64,000 bases of DNA from Paraphysomonas bandaiensis (taxonomy: Eukaryota; Protista; Chrysophyceae). Shown here piece after piece: positions 21,852-35,538 of the stretch. Under the pieces are notes generated by a model. The model ran no database searches, had not been told where the DNA came from, and saw nothing but the letters and a program-made list of their open reading frames with translations. Each line of letters opens with the position of its first letter. Within the stretch, counting starts at the first letter, position 1. Location: NCBI GenBank assembly GCA_965644295.1, contig CBFFRP010000295.1, forward strand, positions 62,001 to 126,000, given 5' to 3'. Both the position numbers and the translations under genes were made by a program.

Positions 21852-22667
21852 TTTTAGCTGTATCAGGCCCATGTAGACGTTTCCTTCATATCTTCATGCC
21901 TCCATATCATGCAACACATAGGTGGATCGAATGATTTTACAAAATAAATTGTAGTTGCTGGAGTGTATATTACTTGTTGTCGATGGGATTTTGAAGCTGT
22001 TTTTTTCTGCACTTCACCTTTTTCCAACTATTTTTGTTGGGTTTATGATCACAGGCATCTTTCTGGCAAATTACGATACCACTGTTTAATTATAGCGTAT
22101 TTAGAATATTTCATGAAGGTATGGTAGCTTAGGATAATAAATAATGAATGGCTGTTAGAACTGATGTAGTTCAATATAAAAATATGTAACAAGTGGGCCA
22201 ACATTGTCCTGTTTGTAGTATATTGCCTCTAACGTGATTCATAATATGCAATGTGCTGTGAAGAGTTAATAAGCAACATGAACTATATACAAAGTATATT
22301 TCATTCTGCTGAACGTACTTATTACTTACGCGTGATATCAGGGCCCAGCAAAGCCTGTACCAGGGCAATGCCAATAAGTCGATATCTCTAACCACTAACC
22401 AATTAATTCTTACGCAAGCCTGAGGGATATGGAACAAGAGACAAGAGAGATTGCTCAGATTATTATACAATTCTTTCTAGAACATATATTCGAGTAAAAA
22501 TATACAATATTCTTACTAAGAGTTTTCTAAATAGCGCAATAGAAAAAACATTGTACCAATATTCCGGCCGGTACGACGTTATATCCGAAACACCAAGTAG
22601 CAGCACACATTACTATTCATGTCGCACAATTTCCCTCCTATGTACATTCAAAGTTCCAAACACCCCC

Positions 22668-24505
22668 CTATACAGAAATGCCCCCAGCTGGGATAAATCG
22701 TGCACCCAACTCGCTCATTTTTTTGTGTGCCGCGGCATAATCCGCAAAAAATTCATCACAATTACGAGCATATTTATCCACATAGGGTGAGAACTCTGGA
22801 GAATTCGCGAGAGCTGCATCAGTTGGGAGCCAAAGAAGGGTAGGATCTGGAGTGGACTCGAATGATCTAACGAAATACGAATTGTCGAATTTTAGCCACT
22901 CCTTTGTCCAACTCATACCACCAGGCATGCCTACGCCGTGTATATTTTCTCCCTGCAGTACATATTACACTGACAAAAACAAAAGTATCATCTTAACCCA
23001 TTGCAAAAAGATGTCTGATGAAACTACCACCGATAGTAAACTAACTTATATTTCACTATAATGGTACAGAAAACTATGTATTGCATATTTCACCTACAGT
23101 GGATAAAATACTAATCCTTCAACTAATGTATATACCTTTGGTGTAGATGTCAGACTCGTGTGAATTGTAGCACCTTGTTCTCCTGTGGAATGCGGGCATA
23201 CACCCGTACGATCACTAAATGCCCTTCCTACAATACCATAGAAAATAAGGTGAAATTCACAGTATATATTCAGGTAGGTACCAAGTGTATGGGCGCCGTA
23301 CAAAGCTACCAGCTCTTTATTAGTGAATCCCAGTCGGTAAAATATATTCCTCAGATGCACCTCAGCTGATGGGCTGCCATCAGGATAAGGTGCTAAAACA
23401 GAGGGTTCATGTCTTGGGGCCTAAAAATATTGAACGTCATGAGTGTCATTATTCATTACAACATAATCTAAATATACGTGTAACGGTCATAGGTCATAAA
23501 CTTACTAGCATGAACTACATATAGTGACCTGTGATGCATATCGTCACACATAATATACATACATACAGCTACTTATAATATATACGCATACAGTTGCATA
23601 TATATAACATAACATCTATAGATGTACATATATCGTATATACATATATACATGCAATTCCATATGCATATAACATAACATCTATACATACATATATATAT
23701 ATCCATGCATACAGCACATGCATAGAGTTCTTACCATATGATTACATTCATCTTCATTGCAATCTTGTCGACCATATATCATATCAATGACTGGCCCTCC
23801 TGTTAATTCTATCGCTAATGCACCACCCATTTGTATGATGTCCGCCCAAGATACTATTCGATGACTTCGTTTAATTCTAGCCAATAGAATCATTGCTTTC
23901 GATAAGCCTTTATTGGAAGGATATTCAAGTTCTTTATGGAATCGAATACTTCCTATAGACTATAGTGAGATATGTACGTGTGTGTATGTATGTATATGAG
24001 TGTATACTTCGTTTATATGTTATGTATATTAATGTAGGTATAAGTGTATAGCTATACGTAACTATCTATATGTAAGTATCACTCTATATATATGCACACT
24101 TCACATATACATACATATGCATACATATACGTACCTTGACATCCTCCACATGTAGGCCATTCTTTTATAGTTTGATCATATGTAGAAGCATCAGTCCAAG
24201 CTAATCGAAGTAATAATGGATGACAATTACACTCTTCCATCATACTTCGTAAGTCAATTTTACATTGTAAAAGTGCAGTTTTTAATTTTTTTTCTTTCTG
24301 TGGTTTGAAAATCCATGATATTATAAGTGATATTATTACACAGATAATTGATCCTATTAAATGAATATTCCAAGTCATACCATTCATATATATGCATGCT
24401 ATGAAACTTAAGAGAACAAGCAAGCCAAGCAATGCATACGAAGTATGTACAGTATGCTGCTATAATGAGGTCACTACCATAAAATACGGAGTTTCTAACA
24501 GACAT
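22668..24505 (-). CDS. Class I heme peroxidase (ascorbate/cytochrome c peroxidase-like) with N-terminal hydrophobic segments and distal His replaced by Thr
   Basis: [120 protein letters not shown]. The start is uncertain and needs a ~28-31 nt intron. Confidence 0.85.
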
Positions 24506-25925
24506 ATACTAAATATCCATATATAGACTTGAAAACCAGTTTTTTTAGAATTTGTATCCTATAAAAATGTCGAGCTGTAGTTGACATACAATACACAGAT
24601 TTGGGAGGGTTTACAAATTGGCATAAAAATATGCGTTTTCTACAGGGATATAGATGATATCACAGTTTTTTCCAATTTATATGTTTTTTTAAAAGTTTTT
24701 TAGGGATATTTCTGCTTATGGAAAAAGTCGACCAGCCAAGTCTCAAACTGAAAATGGATCGTCTCAACAATCTCATACAGCAGAAAAGAGGACACTGGGA
24801 CATGACTGTCCACTATAAACATAACCAGTGAACCACATGATCAAAGTTATATTCTTCATTTCAAGTGCATTCTGTCTCTCATATACAGACTGCTGTGGTC
24901 CGTATATCAAACTGTGAGGTTCCTTCAGGTGCATCTATACACCACATACACATATAATACGAGGACACTGATATCACATTAATATAACAGCGGTATTATT
25001 GCAACTGAAACAGACCATGTCATATGCTATTAATGGGATCCACAAACACGATATGAACCAGCAGCTATTGATATACAGAGAAGCATACGGCAGTCTCCCA
25101 ATAGAGGTGTGTAGACTAACTTGTATTCTAATTAGTTGAAATTCATTCCATAGATTCCAACAACTAAGTACTCGAAAACACATTGGTAGATGTCGTATGC
25201 AATACACATCAACTGACAAAAGCGTAGCGAAAGTACGTACTGCAAAATGGAGGTTCTATGTTGCTTTCTGATTAGCTACTTGCAGCTAAAGGGTCCAGCA
25301 GTAATGGTTGCTGCTTCTGCTGCATGATGTACCACTGCTGTGGTTATGCGTGATGTATGTGGCTGTGGTTATGTATATTGCTGTAGTTTTGTCACAAAGA
25401 TGTTGACTACTGCTATTGCCTATATGCACTTAAGCATAACTATATATTGCTGCTAGCTTAAGCATAATGCTATGGACACACATAATTTTTTATGGTATCA
25501 TGCCGACATCTCGTTCTACCACCTTCACATGTAATATATACGATTCTTAAAGACAAAAATTTGAAAACTACTGTAATGTGCCTACATTTATGCAAGCATT
25601 TGACGTAGTTAATGATGTTTGTAAACACTTGTAACCCCTAGTCGATCAGTAGAGATATATTTGAAATAGCAACATAGTAAACTAGCTACAGCTTCCTTTA
25701 ACTCTATATTAAAATAAAGGCAGTGACTTATCAAACTAGCTCGGAGTTGGTTTCTGACAACTATATTTGCAAAGTAATACAAGACAAGTAAAATAAATCT
25801 CATTTGTAATTAATAACTTTTAAAATAATAAAGTGCCTGAGCAATACCCATATACGTCGCAAGTTAACAAAAAACACACAAAAAAAATATTTTAGTAAGT
25901 TATAGAAATGGAATTAGATTACTAT

Positions 25926-26249
25926 CAGGGATGCGTAACAATTAGTTGCAGTTATTAGTCACAGCTCGCACAATTAGAATTGAAATTATCGACCGTACAA
26001 AGAAGTAGTGCCTTTCAAAAATTTTAATTAGAGGCCAACCTTTCCATCATTTTAATAGCCATTAAGGGTTATGGGTGATGGCCATAAGGGGCGATAAAAT
26101 ACCGTCGTCTTTAATGTTTTTCAAGTTTTAATTCTAATATGTCTTTATAAGTTATACGTATGGTAAATAATTGCCAATTAATAGCAATTTATTTGCAACA
26201 TTCCAGCGAGCATTAAATTGCAATTACAATTAATTATTATGCAGCCCTG
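25926..26249. mobile_element. hAT-type MITE (324 bp), older
   Basis: TIRs CAGGGATGCGTAACAATTAGTTG / CAGGGCTGCATAATAATTAATTG; degenerate 8-bp TSD ATTACTAT / GTTACTTT. The TIR is related to the element at 38760. Confidence 0.75.
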
Positions 26250-26307
26250 GTTACTTTAGGCTATACAATATCATATTTTCTACCAGTTAAATACGTGCCC
26301 CTGTCTT

Positions 26308-28899
26308 TTATCCCAAAGACCATGAGGACCACCTCTGCTGTACATGCCGCAGCCTTTTGACCTCTTTTGACATGTACTCAGCAATTGCGATCTATCTAGC
26401 TCTCAGTTACCAAGGCAGAGAGCTGCCCTTTGTAAAGCTCAACCTTAACTATCGCACGGGCTCCAATACAGTAGTGCAAATAGAGTAATGCATAATTATT
26501 ATTGAGTATCACTACATTGCCTTGGTGTCGATCGTCCTTCACGCATATGGTACAAGAAATAAATAGCGACACGTTGTATAGAAACCTGCTTGCATTGGTT
26601 CACCCAATACGTCAACCAAAAATTCATCCGAGGAACCTCACACAAAAATAACCATACATAATTGTGGCATCAGAAAACACGATACATATCCACCAAACAA
26701 GTAACCACACTCGAACAAAGCTTGTTCTGTACTACAGATAGGAGCATATTAACCTGCAGATATCATGACACTGAAAGACACTCAACGATGCAGCAGTAGC
26801 ACGCAGTACTCCCTTATGAGTCTCACTCTTTGGTATCTCTCTGCCGTCATGTTTACCAACGGCATTACAGTTGGTTTTATCGTAATCAAACGAAATGGGT
26901 TTTTCCTGGCTATTCATTGTGGTATGACAGGGGCAAGAGTGGCATCGCGAAGAATACAAATGTTTCCACTTTCCTCTCGGCCGAGTCTTACTTTTTTTGG
27001 TTTTGTGCTCAGATACTCCAGATCCAAGCGATGGTGACGACCTCTGAGCAAAGTTACCTCCAGTTTCGCCCGAAGGTGTATATTTTCTACATCTCCACCG
27101 CACTGGAACCTTTCCGTCATCATCGCTTTCGTCATCCAAGTAAATATCATACAAGTAGTCATCTAGATCATCCTCTTCAGAGCTCATCTCGTTGTTATCA
27201 GGTTCATCAGAATCGCAACATTGGCAAGAGCGGGCAGGAGGTCGGTGCGGAGAAATAGGCGGTTTGGATGTGATAGTAGTAATGCTCGAAAACACTTTCA
27301 TCAGTAATACAAAGGCGCGCCTACGCTCCCACCTAAAAGAATTATTAGTTGCTCATACAAGACACGACATCACTCCTGTTAAGATATACACTGTACACGT
27401 TAATTCCACATAGCATCTTAATAATAATATAATTATGTCGATACTCCAATTGTGAATATTATAAAATATATTACGACGAATTGTATCAATGAATTACCTG
27501 AAATCACGAACCACTTGGTCAATATCCCACGTACGAGCTCTTGTGTCATAACTACCGCTGATGACACACACTCTAGACTTCTTATCGCTATTCTCAACAC
27601 GGCGTTTTTTGGAATTGTCATTGTTTGTGTAGGTATCAATCTCTACATGTTCCGTAGGGTGAGAAGTAACGGTGCACAGTGATGTTATGGTTCCTGTGTG
27701 TCCTTTGAGGGTTTTGATAAGTGACCCCGTTATGGCATCCCATACGAGGATATTCATATCTCTCGACCCGGATATGAGGAGAAGAAGAGCGGAACACTCT
27801 GCAGATGCCAGGCAGGTGACGCAATCAGTATGGCCGTGCAACACCATCTCACAAGCATTAGATGAAGAGTTCCATACACGAATAGTATTATCGCCGCTGC
27901 CAGAGACAATTGCAGTCGCTCCAGACATCTGAAAGTCACGTTACAGAATGCATCATGAGTACTAGTAGATATAAAGTGATATACAACGGGTATTGGTGGT
28001 ACACTATGTATGTTGTAGTGTACCTGAAGTGTCAGAAGAGAGAACACTGCCTCAGTATGTCCAGAATAAGTGTGCAATTTATCTCCAGATGCAAAATCCC
28101 ACACATGTATAACAGAATCCCTACCGCCTAGTATACCGAATATCAAGTTACCATACGGGACGTGAACGCCAAACATCTTGGCAACATATAATATAAGTGC
28201 ACGACAGTACACACATATAACACATATATATAGCACATACACATATAACATATACACATATGAGGGTATGCTATCGTAATGTACCTGCTGCAATGCAATA
28301 GGAGTGTCTGGTGGACTGATACACTTCCAGAGTATAGATGCTGCTTGCACTAGCCTGGAACACCCTAGATACACAGAGTTATACACGTCCTCTTAAACAA
28401 CACTGTATAATGATCCATACATCCATATACACAATACCATACAGCCCATATGCAACCATTCCATTGGTTCCTAGTATACGCCTCCCCATACATACCTATG
28501 AAGCGAATAATCATGCATATCCCATACTTTAATCTTCCCATATTGTCCACATGTTATAAGATACTCATATGCATGATTTAAGAACTTAATAGCGAATACT
28601 GCAGTATTATGATCCAATGTATGTAAAACAGTCCCATTCATAGTCGTCAATTGTACAGTCCCATCATATGAACCTGTACAAAAAACAGGCTGTGTATGTA
28701 TAGGGATTATAGTAATCGAATTAATATGACTCGTATGATGTGTATGTATAGTATGTGAAACTATACCATTGTATGGATTATATATATGTAAGTGACTATC
28801 TCGACCACTTGATACCGCATAGACATGATCTTCATATAGAAACGTTTGTATACCATATACAGCACTACCATGATTATGATATGATAGAGAGGATGTCAT
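26308..28899 (-). CDS. WD40-repeat protein with an acidic/low-complexity C-terminal extension (3' end approximate)
   Basis: Repeated GH...S[GS]SxDxTIxVWD units across exons: SGRDSHLHIY, TGSYDGTVQL, GGRDSVIHVWD, SGSGDNTIRVWN, SGSRDMNILVWD, SGSYDTRARTWD. Confidence 0.85.
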
Positions 28900-29781
28900 G
28901 ATAAGAATGAGTGAGATGGTTAAGTGGGTTATAATGAGATGAATATTAAAATATAATTTATGAAAATTATTTTATGAAATTATGACAAAATTACATTAAA
29001 ATTATAATAAAATTAGGGACAAAAAATGAAATTAATGTTTTTTTCTTTATTTATTTTATGAAGTGAGATACAAGGGTATGTCAATGAACTTGATTTATAC
29101 CCTTGTTAAAATGGAGTATCATACACTTCTTAATTACACTGATTATATATGTATATATATATATGTATGGACAGATACAGATAGATACACATACAGCAGA
29201 GTAGTATGTATATATCTGTATACAGAGTGATGAAAATATTCCTATAGAAAGAAGATGTTTTCAAAGTGATTAATATAAAAATCATGGAAATTATATAAAA
29301 ATAGGATGTTTTTGTAGAAATGAAGTATTTTGGAAGGAATACAAATACACATTTGGACATGCATTATGTATACTGCTGTTGTCGCATATGAAATGAATGC
29401 ATTCTAGAATACGTTCATAGAAATTGCTTCCATCCCAACTTTTCGTACACCCAAAGTCAGATATAGGCATTTTTGTTTAGGGCAAATCCGCAATTTTGTA
29501 CGGCAAATCTGCACAACAAGACATGCGAACACTCTATGTGTACAGTATACACTTCCGTGAATATACAGAGTATGCATATATTGGTCAAAAATCACCATTT
29601 TAATGGTTTCTGTTTATTAAAATATTAACATATATCATAAAACCCTGGTTTTTATATCGAGATCAACATATCTACACAACATAAATATAACCCACCTCAA
29701 AATCTCCCACCTTCTCATATATACAGTATCTTACAAGACCATTGCTCTAATATAACAATATTATCATATATAATCATTAAT

Positions 29782-30706
29782 ATGAGTGAACAATTCACTG
29801 AAATATTTCGAAATTATAATCAAATTAGAAATAAATTCTTTAATAAACTCACTGTACCTAAACTAGCAGCATATGAACACTATGGATGGGTTCATTTCAT
29901 TTCTATATCATCTACCATTATAGGGATATGTGCAATATATGGACAAATCCGTAAGATGACGTTATTCAGTATGTATGTATGTTAGAAATCTAGTTGATTC
30001 TATCTGATGATGTGTGTATATATAGGCATCCAACATGTATGATTATTGGAGTGTGTATATTTCTTGCGGAAGGAATTATTGTATATCGTAATAAATGTTT
30101 GACTGATGCTGTAGCCCCTATAATGCAGCATTCTACAAGAATGAAGGTATGTAATGAAATCGAAATAGGTACGAAATCACTTTATGTGTTCATTATTAGG
30201 GCCAGGTGATTCATCAGACATTTCAGATGATAGGAGGGGGGTTTATCTTTTGCGGACTGGTATTCATAGCCCTGAATAAGGTATTGATAGCGCACAAGAG
30301 TCTCATCCCAATGACTCCACACTCAATACTTGGTACTCTCACTGTAGTTGCTATCGTAATTCAGATTATATCTGGCAATCAAAAGATTGACCAGATTCGG
30401 AAGAATAACACTAAAATATTGAGGTGGCATGGAGAGTTGGGGCTCCTTACATGGGACATGCTCTGTGCAACAGTTTTATTGGGACAACTAGAGTTTCTTA
30501 ATTGGAGCTCATTAGGAATATTGTCGGAGTTGATGTTAGTAATATTATGGGGAATTGTTCATCGTCAAGCAAGGAAAAAAGTCACAGAGTTGCCTTCTCA
30601 AGACGAGTCTGCTTCCGTAAAATCAGCTGAGTCAATTGGGCTTCTGGTGGACAGTGGCGATGAGGGTGATGATCTCAAAGGACACACCAATACTGCAATG
30701 ATTTAA
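29782..30706 (+). CDS. Cytochrome b561 domain protein
   Basis: Four heme-ligand His in TM helices: HPTCMIIG..AEGI, IHQTFQ, TPHSILG, RWHGELG; two short introns. Confidence 0.85.
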
Positions 30707-32031
30707 TGAGGTGATAATGGTTAGAAAATAAGGATGTTCAATAGTACAGGAGAAAGTTTTTGAATCTAATAGTTATAAGTTTTGGGGCATTGTTGTGACA
30801 TCGTCGATTTGTTTGCCTAATTTACGCCTTGTATGATACTCTTAAATAACGTCACTATGCAACTTTTATACTTAAATGTTTTGCTACAGTAATAAACACT
30901 ACTTGTAGAACGAACGACATATGGAGAATTATTTGGTGCTGCAATCTGACTTCAGGATTTCTTACTTTATCTCTGCATACTTTGAAAGCTAACACCTAAC
31001 TAGGCTGTGTTAAGAGAACGAAGGGTCTACATACTTGGGAGGGGTATCGTCACTGTAGTAGTAGTGAATGTTTAAGAGTCTGCTTGTAGGTCACCACTTT
31101 CGCTCTATCGCTAGCAGAATGGTAATATACCTGACATCTGCTGACTTAATGATATCTGAGAGACATCCGCTGAGAGACTCTCCCTCACACACAAAAACGG
31201 AAGTAGTTGCACCATGGTGCTTGCGGCGACGCACAAGCAGCTTCTGTAGCGTTCAATAGTAGTATAATAGCGTTTGTGCTAGTTAGTTATTAGTTACAGG
31301 TAGACGTTTATCTAGCTTGACTAGATTACATCTAGCTACTAAACTGGGTACTAAACTGGTGTAGATACTCAACGCCTATTGCTAGTAATAAGACTTTTTC
31401 TCTCACATTGTATTGAACGTATACTACAGTACTACAGTTCTATCTTAGAGACAAATACGTAATTACTCTCATCAAGCTTTCTTAACACCTTCATTCAATT
31501 ATGTTAGAAGATAAAAAGCAAATTCATCCTGAAAAATACTCCATGGTGACCTGCTTCCTATATATGCACACTGCACACGATAAAAAAGCGGTTATCATCG
31601 TTATAGCACTATTGCTATAAATAGAAGCCATGCTTTCGTAAAAAAAAAACAGAACCTACACTACATTGACTAATTCTATGTACTACTATATTAACTCACA
31701 CAGGAAATTCTCTACGATCACACTAAAATAGCTTTACACAGGGGAGTAACTGCAACAGCTACATCAATATTACTTATCACCACCACAATTCCAACTACTT
31801 TATATCACTCATTTCAAATAGTGAGTTTAATTCACTCGGTCGTGTACAATACATCTCTCATAGTTGTATGAAACAAAATATGCATATGAACGCACACGGC
31901 AACCGATAACACATGCACACAAACCAACACCAGACTGTTTACATCGAAACAGAAGCTGACGATGTTCTAATTGGAATCCAGACACTGCTTGTGGGCTCTG
32001 CCATCCACCCGCGACATTATTTTGTATGACA

Positions 32032-34572
32032 TTATCGAGATGCTTTAGACGATGGATACATTTTCTGCTACATAAACACCGTTAGTAAAGCACAATTGCT
32101 AAGATGCGGTTTAAAAAATATATATCACGTAAACAACACAACGCGGAAAGTACCTGTCCTCTCCCAGACCCCGAATTCGGACCATAACCCCCAATCTCAT
32201 CCAAAAGCCTTCCTCCATATCCACTGGGAGCTTCATTATGTCCTTGCCCCTGTCCTGCGCTCCCAAAACTATTGCTACTACTATACGGCACATGCTGGTG
32301 GTGGTGCAAGTCTGATGTGGGATTATGAATCAAAGGATCAATGTGTCCCCCTGGATGACCATTCATACGTTGTGGATTTTGATACATATGTCCTCCGCCC
32401 TGTTTCAAATCTTCGCTGGGATTGTACGATGCTGGTGCATACGAATGCAACATGTTACCGCTGGGATTGATGTGCGGAAGGGCCTTAGATCCCATATTCG
32501 TTCCTTCAGGTAGAGCACTCATGGCTGCTGATGGGTACTTGCCTGTCGTCGGATGGCTAGACTGGCCGTACAAATTGCTACCTTGTGCTCCACTGTCTAA
32601 CCCCAACAGTGCTTGCGCCCGTGGCGTCAAATTGGCTGGGGGTGGAGCTTTACTGTTACCTCCTGTAGTATACGGATTATACCCTCCCCCTGCAGAAGAC
32701 TGATCCAGAGGAGCGGCAATAGGTCGACCACCACGATATCGTTGCCCTTCACGTGTATGACCCTCTCGAGACTTGTTATCTCTTGAGCTGCCCATGGGGT
32801 TATTTGGGTTAGATGGATGATGGTCCAATGGCGGGACGTTCCTGACTGGCTGACGCATGTGGTTGGACGCTTGGTCACCCATGCTTGATCCCGGTGGACT
32901 AGCTCTATAACTAGGGTGAGCCTCATACTGTAGCGGTGTAAGGGAATACTGGGAAGGATCGGGTATAGGATCTTCTGGCCCAAATGAACTGCCGTGATTT
33001 TTACGGCGGCGCATTGGTAGTTTAGTGGAAAACTCTCTAAATGCCATGATCTCTTTTTCTCTCTGCCTTTCTCGCTCACGCTCTACTTCCCTTTCGAGTT
33101 CTTTTGCTCGCTCTCTTTCACGTTCCTTGTCGCGATCCTTTGCATCGCGATTCTGGTGCCGACTCTTCTGTCTACTTTTCTGGCGGCTTGCTGGAGGTGA
33201 ACCTACCAAGATGCCAGAGTGTGTTAATGCGTGTGCATATTTACATGAGTATTATATAGTCACACAGGGATAGAATAGAGACAGTCACTATAAGATGTCC
33301 ATACTGATGTAAACCAAGAGTATTTTCTATGAATAGTACCTGCAGGCGCTTCTGCTCTCATTTGAGGAGGATTACTCATCTGCTGACCGTCATAGCCTTG
33401 TCCAGAACCATTATTGTACGGTTGCCCCTGGGGTTCATATTCTGACCCCGCATACTGCTGCTGGTGATGATGCACCTGCATTTGATGAGCCTTCTCCTCT
33501 GCATATTGCTGTTGCTGTTGCCTCTGTTGCCACTGCGGATTCAGTGGTTGAGGGAGCTTTCCTTCCGGCACTGCTTGACTTGGGGCCTTTGCTGGCGCCA
33601 TACTGCTGGCAGTGCTATATTCATCTCCCGAAGGCTTGGAGTGTAGTCCTTGGAAGTACGGATGATTGAGAGCATCAGCTGAACTTGGTCGGTCAGACGG
33701 ATTCATCGCTAATACTGACTGCATAAATAGCATTGCTCGTTTACTGAGGGTTCCAACATACTTCTTCTGAAGCGTTTCCGGCTTGCTCATATCTGGGAAC
33801 TTAAGTCCAGAAAATCTTGGATTGGACATGAACAGGTCCATGTGTTCTGGTATTAGAGGACCCAATACCTTCTGAACTATGAATAGTTGATCCACCTCAC
33901 TCTCACCTGGGAAAATCGGCTGGCCGTCCGTAATTTCACCCATAATACATCCAATCGCCCATATATCCACACTGAAATCGTAAAGGGCTGACCCAAGAAG
34001 AAGTTCAGGAGCACGGTACCATCTTGTTGCAACATAATCGGTGAGCTCCTCATTGGCATTCGTCAGAACTCGAGCAAATCCAAAATCGCATAATTTTAGC
34101 TGGCGTGTTTGCACATCTATTAACAAATTTTCCGGCTTAATATCCCCTGGAAACACAGTGTTATATAATATAGAATATAAAAGAGTTCAATTAACGTACG
34201 ATGAATAACATCATTGCTATGACACCAGTGGATTGCTTGACAAAGTTGATAAATATAATGTCTGACAAGTGCTGGGTCCAGGCCTTGTGGTTGTTCTTCT
34301 AATACTTCTAATAAATTTCTTTCCACATATTCAAATACAAGATACAGTTTTCCTTTTCTTCTGAATGCTTCCGTTAAGCTAACAATATTACAATGTCTAA
34401 GTAAACGAAGTAGTTTGACTTCTCTTAATGCAGTCTTACGAAGCACTTCATCATCATCAGATTCTTTAAATTTTTTAATAGCCACAATACCACCCGATTC
34501 TTTATTCCGGCATTTTAATACCACCCCATACGCACCTTCTCCAACTACACCAAGTACTTCGTATTTATTCAT
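32032..34572 (-). CDS. Cyclin-dependent kinase-like kinase (CDKL5/LF5-like)
   Basis: [36 protein letters not shown]|[33 protein letters not shown]. Long low-complexity tail; last exon [11 protein letters not shown]. Confidence 0.93.
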
Positions 34573-34981
34573 TCTATTAATATATTTACGTCATGTTTAT
34601 ATATACATATATACTATTAATAAGATCCTCTATCAGGGGATGATAGTGGAGTAATCGATGTATTTAATTGATATCTTGCATTGCAAGGAGTTGATAAAGA
34701 GTGATATGAAGTGTTTTGATTGTTAGATAGGGTAATATATGGGTATATATGGAGATATGGGGAGTGGGGTGTGGCAATAGGCTGATAAGGTCATGTATAT
34801 ATACATACATGTACATACAAGTACCTTCACCTGCCATATAAAATAGAAACCGACAGGTTGATACGGGTGAGATAAGGGAGATATTGATAGTAGGATGGAC
34901 GGGCTACATAAAGTCGGTTGGATGAGTGGGGACCAATTATGTAGTAGTGATACTTGTACATGTGTTTTCATTGGCTGAGAA

Positions 34982-35175
34982 ATGTATGTATGTATGTATG
35001 TATGTAGGTATGTATGTATGTATGTATGTATGTATGTATGTATGTATGTATGTATGTATGTATGTATGTATGTATGTATGTATGTATGTATGTATGTATG
35101 TATGTATGTATGTATGTATTTGTATGTATGTATGTATGTATGTATGTATGTATGTATGTATGTATGTATGTATGT
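34982..35175. repeat. (ATGT)n microsatellite between divergent genes
   Basis: Directly visible. Confidence 0.97.
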
Positions 35176-35538
35176 GTGCATGTACGTATGTACGTGTGGT
35201 CGTCATAAGCTAACTTCATACGACACTTCGATATATGTACAGCAGTACATACCACTCACATAGTAAATGGATTCGTGCAACTTAAGCTGCAGTCACACTC
35301 TCCACAACAATCCATCACATACATACACATACATACACATACATACACATACACATATATATATACTCACTGCACATCTACTTCTATATCATAACATCCT
35401 AAACTACTTCCTTTTAGATAATCATCACTTGATCATTCTCCTTCTCTCTCCATCTCATGACCATCACATACATACATACATAATCATCTCCATATATATA
35501 TAATACCCGTATTTTTAGACTAAAAAACCAGTGAAATT

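Noticed and set aside
22668-30706. APX-like plus cytochrome b561 as an ascorbate gene cluster
   Set aside because: They are separated by an unrelated WD40 gene and a MITE, and adjacency in a compact eukaryotic genome is weak evidence.
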